From assembly GCA_027306885.1 (NCBI GenBank), contig DAHUYV010000072.1, positions 1-60,716 on the forward strand: a DNA stretch of 60,716 bases, written 5' to 3'. The position numbers and the translations under genes were made by a program. Positions 1 to 9,692 of this stretch are shown in pieces. Below the pieces are notes generated by a model. The model was not told the DNA's origin, did not search any database, and was given only the letters and a program-made list of their open reading frames with translations. The DNA is from Candidatus Dormiibacterota bacterium (GTDB taxonomy: Bacteria; Chloroflexota; Dormibacteria; Aeolococcales; Bog-877). Numbering within the stretch: the stretch's first letter is position 1; each line of letters begins with the position of its first letter.

Positions 1-10
1 GCCCGCCAAG

Positions 11-1096
11 GTGGCTGAACCCCGAACCGGAACCATCCGGGCCCTCCGACAGGGGCCCACCTGGTTTCTGGCCCGCGCCGACCCCGGCCTGGGGCGGCTG
101 ACCGAGTCCCTGGCCCTCATGGAGCTGCTCGCGGCGGGGGGATCACCGGTGCGGCTGCTGACCTCCTCCTCCGCCCTCCCCCTGGCGCGCCGCCTCTCTC
201 CCGCCCCCGCCGAGGCCTTCACCCTGGAGCGGGGAGCGGACCCCCAGCAGACCCTCCTCGACTCCTTGTCGCTGCAGCGCCTCTTGACCAGGATCCAGCG
301 GGAGCGGCCGGCGGCCCTGGTGGTGCACGGCTACCCCCTGCTCCTGCCCATCCTGCGCCAGGCGGTGGACGCCCGCCTGGTGGCGGTGGCCAACCGACAC
401 GACCTCTCCAGCCCCGGCCACACCCGCGGTGCGCGCCTCGTGGCGAGAGCCTTCCACACCGCGTCCGACCTGATCCTAGTGGCTGAGCTGCGCCAGGGAT
501 GGAGTCTCGGCCGGCTCGGCGAGACCCCGGTGGTCCGCCTCCCGGCACTGGTGCGGCCGTCCGTGCTTCGCTCCAACGCCACCCACGAGGGGCCGGTCGC
601 GGTCCTCGGCGGTGGCAGCTGGGGCGACCGCCGCCTGGCGGACTCGACCGGGGTCATCCTCGACGAGCTGGAGCGCGCCACCGCCGCCGGCTGGATCCCC
701 AGTTGCCGCGTCTATCCCGGCGGCGAGGTGGATCCCCGTCGCCACCCCCACCTGGAGCCGGCCCCGGACCCGGCCCGCTACCCGGAGAGCCTGCGGGGGG
801 CTCCGCTGGTGGTGGCCCGGGCCGGCCGCAGCTCTCTGGCGGAGCTGCTGGCGCTGGGAAAGCGGGCGGTGGTGGTGCCGGCACGGTCGGACACGCTGCG
901 CCAGGCGGAGCAGGCGGAGAACGCCGCCCGCGCGGCCGCGCTCTCCCCGGGCATCGTGGTCCTGGACTTCGAAAGGGTGAGCGAATTGGGACCGGCCTGC
1001 CGCGAGGCAAACGGCCGGTCACCCCGCCGCTGGCGGCCGGGTAACGACGTGCTCATGGTGGCGCTGGAGGCCGCGGAGAGCCGCTGGTTAGGGTGA
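11..1096 (+). CDS. Glycosyltransferase, GT-B fold (GT28 C-terminal/MurG-like sugar-nucleotide binding domain)
   Basis: The C-terminal VVARAGRSSLAELLALGKRAVVVP...EQAENA resembles the GT28-C motif. The N-terminal domain is divergent. The start is near the window edge and uncertain. Confidence 0.6.
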   Translation: MAEPRTGTIRALRQGPTWFLARADPGLGRLTESLALMELLAAGGSPVRLLTSSSALPLARRLSPAPAEAFTLERGADPQQTLLDSLSLQRLLTRIQRERPAALVVHGYPLLLPILRQAVDARLVAVANRHDLSSPGHTRGARLVARAFHTASDLILVAELRQGWSLGRLGETPVVRLPALVRPSVLRSNATHEGPVAVLGGGSWGDRRLADSTGVILDELERATAAGWIPSCRVYPGGEVDPRRHPHLEPAPDPARYPESLRGAPLVVARAGRSSLAELLALGKRAVVVPARSDTLRQAEQAENAARAAALSPGIVVLDFERVSELGPACREANGRSPRRWRPGNDVLMVALEAAESRWLG

Positions 1097-1098
1097 GC

Positions 1099-1971
1099 TC
1101 AGTCGGAGCTGGGCAGGGGCAACCGGCCGTCGCGGGGCGGCATCCCCTTGAACCCGGCCGCGGTGCGGTGCCCGCCCCCGCCGTACCTGGCCGCTATCTC
1201 GCTCACGTCCATCCCCTCGGCGGTGGAGCGCAGCGACCAGCGGGCGACCTCCCCGGCTCCCTGCCACCAGACGGCGGCGAACGGATGCCCCTGGGCCAGG
1301 CGGTCGCCAAGCTCGCTCTGCAGCACCGGGCTGTTGACCGTGGGAACCGCGACCCCGGCGATCTCGACCGGGCTGGCGTGGGCCGCCACCCGCTCCACGG
1401 TGCGGCGCTGGTAGGCGAGCAGCGCCCGCCCCTCGCCCCGCAGCTGGTCGATCTCGATTGAGTCCCAGGTGTGGAAATCGAAGTCCCGGGCCCGCAGGGC
1501 GGCAGACACCTCCTCGCTGTCCGGCATGGCGTTGCGCCAGAGATCTCGATCCTGGACGTACTGGAGCAGGACGGGGGCGGGATCACGGTGCAGGTGCTGC
1601 CAGGCCATGACGGCGCCGCTCCTCTCCATGTCGAAGATGCAGAAGGGCAGGTCGCCGATCTCGGCCTGGGCGGACCGGTGGTGGTCGAGCACGGTGAGCT
1701 CGGCGGCGCGCTGGGCCAGCTTGAGGGTTGTCTCGCGGTCATACGCGAAGTCACATATGAGGACCTGGCGGCCACTGACATCGGGCGGCGGGTCGCCGTG
1801 GCTCACGCCCCGGTACTCCGCCTGGTCCCCGTACAGCTTCCAGGCCGCGAAGGCCGCCCCGAAGCCGTCCGGGCAGTCGCCGTGGTAGATGATGAGGGGC
1901 TGGCGGTCACGGGCGACGCCGGCCCCAGGCGGCGATTCCGCGGGCGCGCCGGCCGGGGGGGGGACTTTCAC
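1099..1971 (-). CDS. DHH/DHHA1 family phosphoesterase (NrnB/oligoribonuclease-like)
   Basis: Motifs YHGDCPDG, DF, LDHH, DRDLW and C-terminal GGGGHRTAAGF. Confidence 0.85.
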   Translation of the reverse strand: MKVPPPAGAPAESPPGAGVARDRQPLIIYHGDCPDGFGAAFAAWKLYGDQAEYRGVSHGDPPPDVSGRQVLICDFAYDRETTLKLAQRAAELTVLDHHRSAQAEIGDLPFCIFDMERSGAVMAWQHLHRDPAPVLLQYVQDRDLWRNAMPDSEEVSAALRARDFDFHTWDSIEIDQLRGEGRALLAYQRRTVERVAAHASPVEIAGVAVPTVNSPVLQSELGDRLAQGHPFAAVWWQGAGEVARWSLRSTAEGMDVSEIAARYGGGGHRTAAGFKGMPPRDGRLPLPSSD

Positions 1972-1974
1972 CCC

Positions 1975-3141
1975 CTAACCGTAGATGAAACCCGCGACTC
2001 CCTGCAGCGTGTAGATCTCCCTCTCGTCGGCGATCCCGGTGCCGACGAAGTTGGCCTCGGTGACGATGAACGTCGAGGGCCCGACCACCGCGACCACCCA
2101 GGCGACGTGGCCGTAGGGGATATCGTAGGCGCCCCCGGGGTCGAAGACGACCATGGAGCCGACCCTTGGGGTGGAGCCCACGGCGTAGGGGGTTCCCATG
2201 CCGTAGTCCGCCTGGATCCACTGGTCGGCATTGCCGCGGGGCTGCCAGGGGACGTTGGTCTGGCCGGCCACGAACCAGGTGCACTGGCCCCAGGGATAGC
2301 CGTCCGGATATGCGGGGCTCGGCGCCGCGAAGGTCCTGATGATCGTCCCCTCCTGGGCGCCGGCGGGGCCGCCGTAGGAGGCGACGGCGGCCTCCTCGGC
2401 CTGCAGGGTCTGGATGTGCTGCGCCACCTGCTGGATCTGGCCGGCGAGCTGGGCGGCCTGACCGGTGAGCGAGCTGGCCTGGAGCTGGTAGGCAGCCTCC
2501 TGGGCCTGGAGCTGGTTGGCGGTCGCCTGCAGGCTCACGACCAGGGCTGCCACCTGCTGCTGCTGCGTCTGCTGGGCCGCCTGCAGCGCCTGGAGTCGGC
2601 TCTGGTCGATGGCGAGCTGTCCGGTGAGCACGGAGAACTCCTGGCCGACCGACTGCAGCTGGAGGGTGGTGTCGAAGAACTGGGTCACCCCGGAGCTGTC
2701 GGCGATCGCGGTGGACAGGTTGTTGGCGTTGCCGTGCTGGTACATCTGGCGCACCAGCTGGGCGAGCTGGTCGCGATCCAGGACGATCTGGGCCTGGGTC
2801 TTGGCCAGGCTGTCGTTGGTCTGGGCCAGGGCGGAGTTGGCCTCGGCCAACTGCGTCTGTCCCTGGGCCAGGCGCGCCTCCGCGGCCGACACCTGCTGCT
2901 GGGTGGCGGCCGCCTGCTGGTCGGCTGAGGAGGCCTGCCCCTGGAGCGACGACAGCTGCGCCCGCAGTGAGTTCTCCTGAGCCTGCAACTGGGCGATCTG
3001 GCTGCCGAGGCTGGTGGCCCCAGCCTGGCCGGTGACCAGGAGCGACGCCGCCAGCGTCGCCGTGCCGAACAGACCCAGTTGGGCCATCAGGCGCAGGGCG
3101 CGCGGCTTGAGTGAAGGAGACATGTGGTGGGACGAGAGCAA
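1975..3141 (-). CDS. Secreted coiled-coil + CHAP domain peptidoglycan hydrolase (PcsB-like)
   Basis: Signal-peptide-like N-terminus and a long Gln/Ala coiled coil. CHAP motifs YPWGQCTWFV and YGHVAWV; ends AGFIYG. The true start may be the ATG at 3123. Confidence 0.85.
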   Translation of the reverse strand: MLSSHHMSPSLKPRALRLMAQLGLFGTATLAASLLVTGQAGATSLGSQIAQLQAQENSLRAQLSSLQGQASSADQQAAATQQQVSAAEARLAQGQTQLAEANSALAQTNDSLAKTQAQIVLDRDQLAQLVRQMYQHGNANNLSTAIADSSGVTQFFDTTLQLQSVGQEFSVLTGQLAIDQSRLQALQAAQQTQQQQVAALVVSLQATANQLQAQEAAYQLQASSLTGQAAQLAGQIQQVAQHIQTLQAEEAAVASYGGPAGAQEGTIIRTFAAPSPAYPDGYPWGQCTWFVAGQTNVPWQPRGNADQWIQADYGMGTPYAVGSTPRVGSMVVFDPGGAYDIPYGHVAWVVAVVGPSTFIVTEANFVGTGIADEREIYTLQGVAGFIYG

Positions 3142-3308
3142 GTTTGTCTCGCCGCGATCCTAGCAGCGATCGCGGTGCGCCGCAACCCGATGACAGCTGG
3201 GCGACGGCGGTTGCCCACGCCGTCAGCCGCCTGCGGCCCGCCGTTCGCCCGGGTGGCGGGCGTGCGTAGGGGAGACCCGGGGATCTCGCGACCCGACCGG
3301 GCGCCGGA

Positions 3309-3728
3309 TCAGTCCGGGCGGTCGACTCCGCCGGTGAGCGGGGCGGAGAGGCGCGGCAGCGTCGGCGCCGGCCGGGGCAGCCCCGCTCCACCGAGGGGCA
3401 GCGCCAGCCGAAGCCACCAGGGCGAGCCTCCTCCCCGCCGGCCCCCGGTCGCCGGAGGAGGGCCGGCCCATCGGGTGCTGGTCACCCGGATCCGCCACCG
3501 GCCGAAGAGGCGTTTCTGCATGCGCACCTCGGTGCGCTCCCAGGCGGCCGGCGCCCCGGTGAAGGCGCCGGCGCCGGCGCGCTCGGGCCGGGGCCGACTG
3601 ATCCACCAGTACGCCAGCCGGGCCAGCAAGGGGAGCGCCGCCACCATCAGGGCCACCGCCGCCGGAGGACGCTCCCGCCCAGGGGGGACCAGCTCAGCCC
3701 GGAGGGGACGGGGTTGGGATTGCTCCAC
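3309..3728 (-). CDS. Hypothetical single-TM membrane protein
   Basis: GTG at 3728 is preceded by TATCTT-N7 (leaderless promoter). One hydrophobic segment, AAVALMVAALPLLARLAYWWI. Confidence 0.55.
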   Translation of the reverse strand: MEQSQPRPLRAELVPPGRERPPAAVALMVAALPLLARLAYWWISRPRPERAGAGAFTGAPAAWERTEVRMQKRLFGRWRIRVTSTRWAGPPPATGGRRGGGSPWWLRLALPLGGAGLPRPAPTLPRLSAPLTGGVDRPD

Positions 3729-3777
3729 CTGGGTGAAGATAGCAGCGCGGGGAACTGGTTCGTGTAGGCTGCAGCCG

Positions 3778-4713
3778 ATGCAGGCTGCTCCCCCCGGCCT
3801 CCGGCTCCGGCCCTTGCGGGTGACCGAGCTCCTGGACACCGTGTTCACCCTCTACCGCCGCAACTTCTGGCTGTTCGTGGCGGTCATCGCCGTGGTCGAG
3901 GTCCCCTACCAGCTGGTCAGCCTCCTCCTCCGCCTGGCCGTGGCGCCGAAGGGCCTGACGACCAGCCCGGGCCATACCCTCACCTCCGCCCAGCTCGCCC
4001 ATGAGCTCCACCTCGTGGTTGGGGAGCTCGTGGTGGCTGGTGTGCTCGTGCTGATCACCGCGGTGGTGGTGGTGCCGCTCCAGACCGCCGCCTTCACCAA
4101 GGCCGTCTCGGATCGCTTCCTGGACCGGGCGACAGCCCCGGGGATCTGCTACCGCTTCGCCGTCCGTCGCTGGGGGGCGCTGGTCGTCCTCGGCCTGATC
4201 TTCCTCGGGCTGGTGCTGGGGGCGACCGTGGTGGTCGGCGCGGTGGTGGCCCTGCTCGGGGTGGTCGCCGGAACCGCCGGGGTGCTGCTGGGGATCGTGC
4301 TGGGCCTGGCGGCGCTGGTGGCGGGGTTGGTGGCCTACGCCCGGGTGGTCATCTCCACCCCCAGCCTGGTGCTGGAATCCCTCCGCCCCTGGCCGGCCAT
4401 CCGCCGCAGCTGGGAGCTCACCGCCGACAACGTGGGCCGCGCCTTCGGGGTGGTCATCTCCCTGATCCTCGTCGAGTTCCTGATCGGCCTGGTGCTCGGC
4501 ACGTTGGTTGGGGTGATCGCGGCGCCTCTGGGCTCCAACAGCGCCGGCGGCGTCGCCGTGCAGGAGGTGGGGTCGCTGGTGATCGCCATCCTCAGCGCGC
4601 CCATCCTGGCCACCGGGCTCACCCTCTTCTACTTCGACCTCCGGGTGCGCAAGGAGGCCTTCGACCTGGAGCTGCTGGCCCGGCAGGTGCTCGAAGGTCC
4701 GGCGCCGGGTTGA
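3778..4713 (+). CDS. Polytopic membrane protein of the type found with MoxR/DUF58 clusters (GDPD membrane-domain-like)
   Basis: N-terminal LRPLRVTELLDTVFTLYRRNF and C-terminal LFYFDLRVRKEAFDLE are typical of this family. The ATG at 3778 follows TAGGCT-N7; the longer ORF from 3124 is a GC-rich extension. Confidence 0.75.
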   Translation: MQAAPPGLRLRPLRVTELLDTVFTLYRRNFWLFVAVIAVVEVPYQLVSLLLRLAVAPKGLTTSPGHTLTSAQLAHELHLVVGELVVAGVLVLITAVVVVPLQTAAFTKAVSDRFLDRATAPGICYRFAVRRWGALVVLGLIFLGLVLGATVVVGAVVALLGVVAGTAGVLLGIVLGLAALVAGLVAYARVVISTPSLVLESLRPWPAIRRSWELTADNVGRAFGVVISLILVEFLIGLVLGTLVGVIAAPLGSNSAGGVAVQEVGSLVIAILSAPILATGLTLFYFDLRVRKEAFDLELLARQVLEGPAPG

Positions 4714-4753
4714 CCCACTCGGCCGTCTGCCCCGGGCGGCGGGGGAGAGGGCG

Positions 4754-5392
4754 GTGCCGCTGACCGCCGCCTTCCCCGGGCAACCGTCCGCGGTGGCGAT
4801 CAGCTCCCACCTGGCGGCGGTGTATCGCTCCCCCGAGCTCGCCGGACTGGCCCGCCGACCGAGCAGCGGAAGCTCCCTCCTTGGCCAGTTGGGCCAGCTC
4901 GTCCTCGGCTGGCTGCAGGCGCTCTACCGGGCCGGCGGGAGCCTCCTCTGGGTGGCGCTGGGCCTGGTCCTCCTCGCCGCCCTGGGGACCTTGGCGACTG
5001 TCCTTCTGCACCGCCAGCGGGGGGCGCTTCCGGCACTGGTCTCCGCAACGGCCCCACCAGCCCGGGGGGCCGCCCCTGCTCCCAGCCCGGAGGCCCTCTT
5101 CGGTCGGGCCGATCGCCTGCAGCGCGAGGGCAGGCTGAGCGAGGCGGTCAGGACCGCCTTCCAGGGACTGCTCCTGGCCGGGTCGTCCTCGTCGGCCCTC
5201 AACTTCGACCCCAGCTGGACCAACTCCGAGCTGCTGGCCGCGGCGGCGCAGAGGTCCGCGCTGGAACTCGAGCTGCGGCCCCTCGTGACGCGCTTCGACT
5301 CGGTGGTGTACGGCCGGCATGAGCCGACCCTCACCGCCTGCCGGGAGTTCACGAGCGCCTGCCGCCGGACGGCGCTGGCGTTCGGCAGATGA
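4754..5392 (+). CDS. DUF4129 domain-containing membrane protein
   Basis: A TM helix is followed by A...GRLSEAVR...F...TNSELL...F..VVYG, the DUF4129 pattern. Position in the MoxR cluster is as expected. Confidence 0.7.
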   Translation: MPLTAAFPGQPSAVAISSHLAAVYRSPELAGLARRPSSGSSLLGQLGQLVLGWLQALYRAGGSLLWVALGLVLLAALGTLATVLLHRQRGALPALVSATAPPARGAAPAPSPEALFGRADRLQREGRLSEAVRTAFQGLLLAGSSSSALNFDPSWTNSELLAAAAQRSALELELRPLVTRFDSVVYGRHEPTLTACREFTSACRRTALAFGR

Positions 5393-6534
5393 AGCCCCGC
5401 CGGCTCCGCCCCTACCTGGCCTCGGCTGCGCTGGTGGTGGTGGGTTCGATCCTGCTGGTGGTCCTGGCGCCCGGGGCGGCGCCGGACAACGGCAACCCCA
5501 GCAGCTGGGCGACCGGCCGGGCCGGGAGCTGGGCCCTGTACCACCTGGCCCAGGGGGTGGGGGCGAGCCCGCGGCGGCTGACCGGCTCCGGGTTCGGGGC
5601 GGCCCTCAAGAGCCCCAGGGCCACGCTGGTGGAGTACCTCCCCACCACCCCCTTCGGCGCCGCCCAGGTGCGGGCCATCGGCGCCTTCCTGCGCCGCGGC
5701 GGGCAGCTGCTCCTGGCGGGCGGGTCAGCCGCGAAGGACCTCCCCCTTCTGGCGCTGATCGGCCTCGCCCCGGCCGGGACGGCTCGGCTGGGCACCACCC
5801 GCGAGCTGGTGCCGCTTCGCGGGGTCCCGGGGCTAACCGTCAGCGTGGGGTCCGCGATGAGACTGCGGCCGATCGGCTCCGGGGCGGTCCCCCTTCTCGG
5901 GACCGAGAGCACCCCGGTGGCCGCCGCGGTGCCGGTGGGGCGAGGGGAGGCGATCGTGGTCGGCTCCGGGTACCCGCTCTCCAACCAGGGGTTGCGCCGG
6001 GCGGACGACGCCCAGTTCGCGATCCTCTCCATGCTCGCGGGCCCGGGCCGCCACCTGGTCTTCGACGAGATCCACCACGGATACCAGCTGGGCGACGGGG
6101 TGAGCGCCCTCCTCTGGGGGACCCCCCTGGGGGCCGCCGCCATCCTGGTGGCCGCGCTGCTGCTCCTGTACCTCGGCTCCCAGGGCCGGCGCCTGGGCCG
6201 TCCCCTGCCCTCCGGCAGCCTCACGGCGATCCGGAGCACCGACGACCACCTGGAGGCGATGGCGCAGCTGTACGCGGGATCCGGTGACCGCCGGCAGGTG
6301 GTGGCCCGGTACCGGGACGAGCTCACCGCCTCGTTGGCGAGGCGGACCCGAGGTGGACCTGTCGCCGATGCCGGGGCGCTGGGGCCCGCGGCCCCGCTGG
6401 TCGCAGAGCTGGCGCGGGGCGCCCGGGACGGGGTCAGCGGGCCCACACTGGTGAGCCTGGCGCAGCGGGCGCGCCGGGTCGAGCTGGAGATGGTCGGCGG
6501 CGGCGCGCCGCCGGAGGAGGTGCCCAACAGATGA
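5389..6534 (+). CDS. DUF4350 domain-containing protein
   Basis: N-terminal TM, a GATase-like domain (FLRRGGQLLLAG), LSNQGL, VFDEIHHG and a second TM. ATGA overlap with the upstream gene. Confidence 0.75.
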   Translation: MKPRRLRPYLASAALVVVGSILLVVLAPGAAPDNGNPSSWATGRAGSWALYHLAQGVGASPRRLTGSGFGAALKSPRATLVEYLPTTPFGAAQVRAIGAFLRRGGQLLLAGGSAAKDLPLLALIGLAPAGTARLGTTRELVPLRGVPGLTVSVGSAMRLRPIGSGAVPLLGTESTPVAAAVPVGRGEAIVVGSGYPLSNQGLRRADDAQFAILSMLAGPGRHLVFDEIHHGYQLGDGVSALLWGTPLGAAAILVAALLLLYLGSQGRRLGRPLPSGSLTAIRSTDDHLEAMAQLYAGSGDRRQVVARYRDELTASLARRTRGGPVADAGALGPAAPLVAELARGARDGVSGPTLVSLAQRARRVELEMVGGGAPPEEVPNR

Positions 6535-7484
6535 CCAGGTTGGCGGCGGCGAGCGAGCACTTCCTGGACTCCGCGGCCCGGGCGATGGTCGGTCCCACCG
6601 AGAACCTTGAGCTCTGCCTGCTGACCATGGTGGTCGGGGGCCATGTGCTTCTGGAGGGCCTCCCCGGGACCGCCAAGACGCTGATGGCCCGCGTTCTGGC
6701 TCGGCTCACCGAGTCGAGGTTCGGACGCGTCCAGTTCACACCGGACCTTCTGCCGGCCGACATCCTGGGGACGGTGGTGTTCAACCAGGCCTCGACCCGC
6801 TTCGAGGTACGCCCGGGGCCGATCTTCACCGACCTGCTCCTGGCCGACGAGATCAACCGCAGCCCGGCCAAGACCCAGGCGGCGTTGCTGGAGGCGATGG
6901 AAGAGCGGCAGGTGACGCTGGACGGGCGGGGCCACCAGCTGGGGGAGCGCTTCACCGTGCTGGCCACCCAGAACCCGATCGAACTCGAGGGCACCTTCCC
7001 GCTGCCCGAGGCTGAGCTCGACCGCTTCATGGTCAAGGTCGAGATCCTTCCCCTTCCCCCTGAGGGGGAGCGCGAGCTGGCCCGTCGGGTCGATCAGGGC
7101 TTCGACGCCAACCGCCTCGAGGAGCTGCTCGGCGGCCCCCCGCCGATCACCCGCGAACTCTTTGCCGAGCTCCGCGCCGAGGCGGCTGCGGTCACCTGCT
7201 CCGAGGAGGTGCGCAATTACCTGACCGGCATCGTCCAGGCCACGAGAGAGGCTCCCGAGCTGACCTTCGGCGCCAGCTCCAGGGCCACCGTCGCCTTGGT
7301 CCGGCTGGGCAAGGCGCTGGCGGCGGCGAGGGGCCGGGACTTCGTCACCCCTGAGGAGGTGAAGGATCTCTGCGTGCCGGTGCTCCGGCACCGAGTCCAG
7401 CGCCGCCCCGAGGCGGAGATGCAGGGGGTGGGAGAGCGAGACGTGATCGAGCGGGTGCTCGCCCGGGTGCCGGTGCCCCGCTAG
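6531..7484 (+). CDS. moxR: MoxR family AAA+ ATPase
   Basis: GHVLLEGLPGTAKT, RVQFTPDLLPADILG, LLADEINR, ATQNPIELEGTFPLPEAELDRF. Confidence 0.95.
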   Translation: MTRLAAASEHFLDSAARAMVGPTENLELCLLTMVVGGHVLLEGLPGTAKTLMARVLARLTESRFGRVQFTPDLLPADILGTVVFNQASTRFEVRPGPIFTDLLLADEINRSPAKTQAALLEAMEERQVTLDGRGHQLGERFTVLATQNPIELEGTFPLPEAELDRFMVKVEILPLPPEGERELARRVDQGFDANRLEELLGGPPPITRELFAELRAEAAAVTCSEEVRNYLTGIVQATREAPELTFGASSRATVALVRLGKALAAARGRDFVTPEEVKDLCVPVLRHRVQRRPEAEMQGVGERDVIERVLARVPVPR

Positions 7485-7487
7485 GAG

Positions 7488-8786
7488 ATGACCCCCCGGG
7501 CTCTCTGGCTGGGGCTGGTGGCGGTGGGCGTCCTCCTCGCCGGCGCGGGCTGGTCCCCGTTGACGGGCGTGGGCGCCGCCCTGGTGGTGGTCTGGGCCGC
7601 CGCCTGCGCCGCGGACTGGTGGGCGGCCCCCCGGGAGTGGCAGGTGGAGCGGTTGTGCGGAGCGGCGATGAGCCTTGGGTCCGAGAACCGGGTGGAGCTG
7701 CGGCTCGCCGCTCGCGTCCGGCGGCCCACGCGCCTCACCTGCCGCGATGAATGCGACCCGGAGCTGGGCGCCCGGCCCAGCGTCATGGAGCTGACAGTGC
7801 CGAAGCTCGGCTGGGGGGTGGCCGAGTACGTCTGCGTCCCCGTCCGGCGGGGGCGGCTGAGCTTTCATCGGGTGCTGGTCCGCTGCCCGGGGCCGCTGGG
7901 ACTCTGGCGCCGCCAGGCGGCCATCGCCGCGCCCGCGGTGGTACCGGTGTACCCGGCCCTGCGCGCCATCGGGAGATGGGAGAGCCTGGTGCGCCGGGGA
8001 GGGGTTGCCGAGATGGGGGTGCGCAGCTGGCGTCGCTACGGTGAGGGGACGGAGTTCGCCGGGATCCGGGAGTACGTGGATGGAGACGATCCCCGCCGAG
8101 TCAACTGGCGAGCCACGGCCCGGCTCGGTCGGGCGATGACCAGTCAGTACGAGCCGGAGCGGTCGCGGCCGGTTTGGCTGGTGCTGGACTGCGGGCGGCT
8201 GATGGCGGCTGGTGAGGAGGGGCTCACCAAGCTCGACGTGGCGCTGGCCTCGGCCCTGCTCCTGGCCTGGGTGGCTCTCTTCCGTGGAGATCGAGTCGGG
8301 GCGGTGGCGGTCGCCGAGGGGCTGGTTGGTCTGGCCCCGCCGCGCTCCGGGCGGAGCCACTATCAGCGCCTGCTTGAGGGCCTCAGCGGGCTGAGACCGC
8401 ATCTGGTGGATCCGGACTGGGAGCTGGCGATCACCGAGCTGCGCCGTCGGCCCGGTCCGCGGGCTCTGGTCGTCACGTTCACCGACCTTGCGGATCCCGC
8501 CCTCTCCGAGCGGCTCGCGGCATCCCTCAGCCGGCTGCGCCCGCACCACCTGCCCCTGGTGGTGACCCAGACCGACCCGGTGCTGGAGCGGGAGCTCCGC
8601 TCGGTGCCGAATGATCAGAGGAGCGTGCTCCGGAGGGCCGCCGCCCTTCAGCTCCTCGGCGAACGGCGGTCGGCTCTGGCTCGGCTGGAGGCGCTCGGGG
8701 TCTTCACCGTGGACAGCGGCCGCGCCGGAGTCGGCCCGGCGGTGATCAACCGGTACCTCGAGCTGAAGGCCCGGGGGGCCCTCTGA
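7488..8786 (+). CDS. DUF58 / VWA-like protein
   Basis: EFAGIREYVDGDDPRRVNWRATAR, VLDCGRLM and GDRVG; directly downstream of moxR. Confidence 0.9.
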   Translation: MTPRALWLGLVAVGVLLAGAGWSPLTGVGAALVVVWAAACAADWWAAPREWQVERLCGAAMSLGSENRVELRLAARVRRPTRLTCRDECDPELGARPSVMELTVPKLGWGVAEYVCVPVRRGRLSFHRVLVRCPGPLGLWRRQAAIAAPAVVPVYPALRAIGRWESLVRRGGVAEMGVRSWRRYGEGTEFAGIREYVDGDDPRRVNWRATARLGRAMTSQYEPERSRPVWLVLDCGRLMAAGEEGLTKLDVALASALLLAWVALFRGDRVGAVAVAEGLVGLAPPRSGRSHYQRLLEGLSGLRPHLVDPDWELAITELRRRPGPRALVVTFTDLADPALSERLAASLSRLRPHHLPLVVTQTDPVLERELRSVPNDQRSVLRRAAALQLLGERRSALARLEALGVFTVDSGRAGVGPAVINRYLELKARGAL

Positions 8787-8795
8787 GCTCGGGCG

Positions 8796-9683
8796 CTAGG
8801 CGGGGAGCGCCGCCGGTTCCGGGTCCATCGCCTCCAGGGTGGTGATCACCTCGCGGGTGATCTGGGACGGGGTGGAGGCGCCGGAGGTGACCCCGACCCG
8901 GTGCATCCCGCGAAACCACTCCGGGCGGAGGTCGGCGGCGGAGTCGACCAGGTGTGCGGGGCGGTGCGCCAGGTCTGCCACCACCTGGACCAGCCGCTGG
9001 GTGTTGCTGCTGCGCGAGCTGCCCACCACGATCACCAGGTCGCAGGAGGCGGCCGCCTCGACCGCCGCCTGCTGCCGCTCCTGGGTGGCGAGGCAGATCT
9101 CGTTGTGCACCTCGATCTGGGGAAACCGCTGACGCAGCCGCTCGATTATCGCCCCGGTGTCCCACATCGAGAGCGTGGTCTGGGTGGTCACCGCCAGCTT
9201 GTCAGATTCGAGTTCGAGGTGGTCGACCTCCTCCACCGACTCCACCAGGTGGATGGACTCGGGGGCCTCCCCGAGCACCCCCTCAGGCTCCGGATGGCCC
9301 CGTCTGCCGAGGTAGATGACGGTGTAGCCGTCGGCGCACAGGCTGCGCACCAGTTCGTGGGTGCGAACCACGTCGCTGCAGGTGGCGTCGACGACCTTCA
9401 GCCCCTTGGCGAGGGCGCGCTCCCGTACCTCCGGGGACACCCCGTGGGCGGTGAGCACGATGGTCCCCGTCTCCACCTGGTCCAGGGCGGCCAGCCGCGA
9501 CGGCGCGTCGACCAGCCTCACGCCGAGCTCGGCGAACTCGCGGGTCACGTGCTCGTTGTGCACCAGGTGGCCCAGCATGGCCACCTCCTCACCCGGGCGC
9601 TCGGCCGCCGCCTGGCGCAGGGCCCGAATCGCCTCGACGACGCCGTGGCAGTAGCCCCGGGGCCTGATCTTGACCACCTCCAC
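8796..9683 (-). CDS. ispH: 4-hydroxy-3-methylbut-2-enyl diphosphate reductase
   Basis: Three Fe-S cysteines (GYCHGV, DATC, ICLATQERQ), VHNEHV, AHG, SSNT and TSGASTP. Confidence 0.97.
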   Translation of the reverse strand: MEVVKIRPRGYCHGVVEAIRALRQAAAERPGEEVAMLGHLVHNEHVTREFAELGVRLVDAPSRLAALDQVETGTIVLTAHGVSPEVRERALAKGLKVVDATCSDVVRTHELVRSLCADGYTVIYLGRRGHPEPEGVLGEAPESIHLVESVEEVDHLELESDKLAVTTQTTLSMWDTGAIIERLRQRFPQIEVHNEICLATQERQQAAVEAAASCDLVIVVGSSRSSNTQRLVQVVADLAHRPAHLVDSAADLRPEWFRGMHRVGVTSGASTPSQITREVITTLEAMDPEPAALPA

Positions 9684-9692
9684 GCTTCAAGC

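Noticed and set aside
5412-8549. 1045-aa minus-strand ORF and similar long antisense ORFs (e.g. 1471-2928, 8901-10616, 28489-30615, 48723-51101)
   Set aside because: These are shadow ORFs opposite well-supported genes, expected in GC-rich DNA, and show no family motifs.
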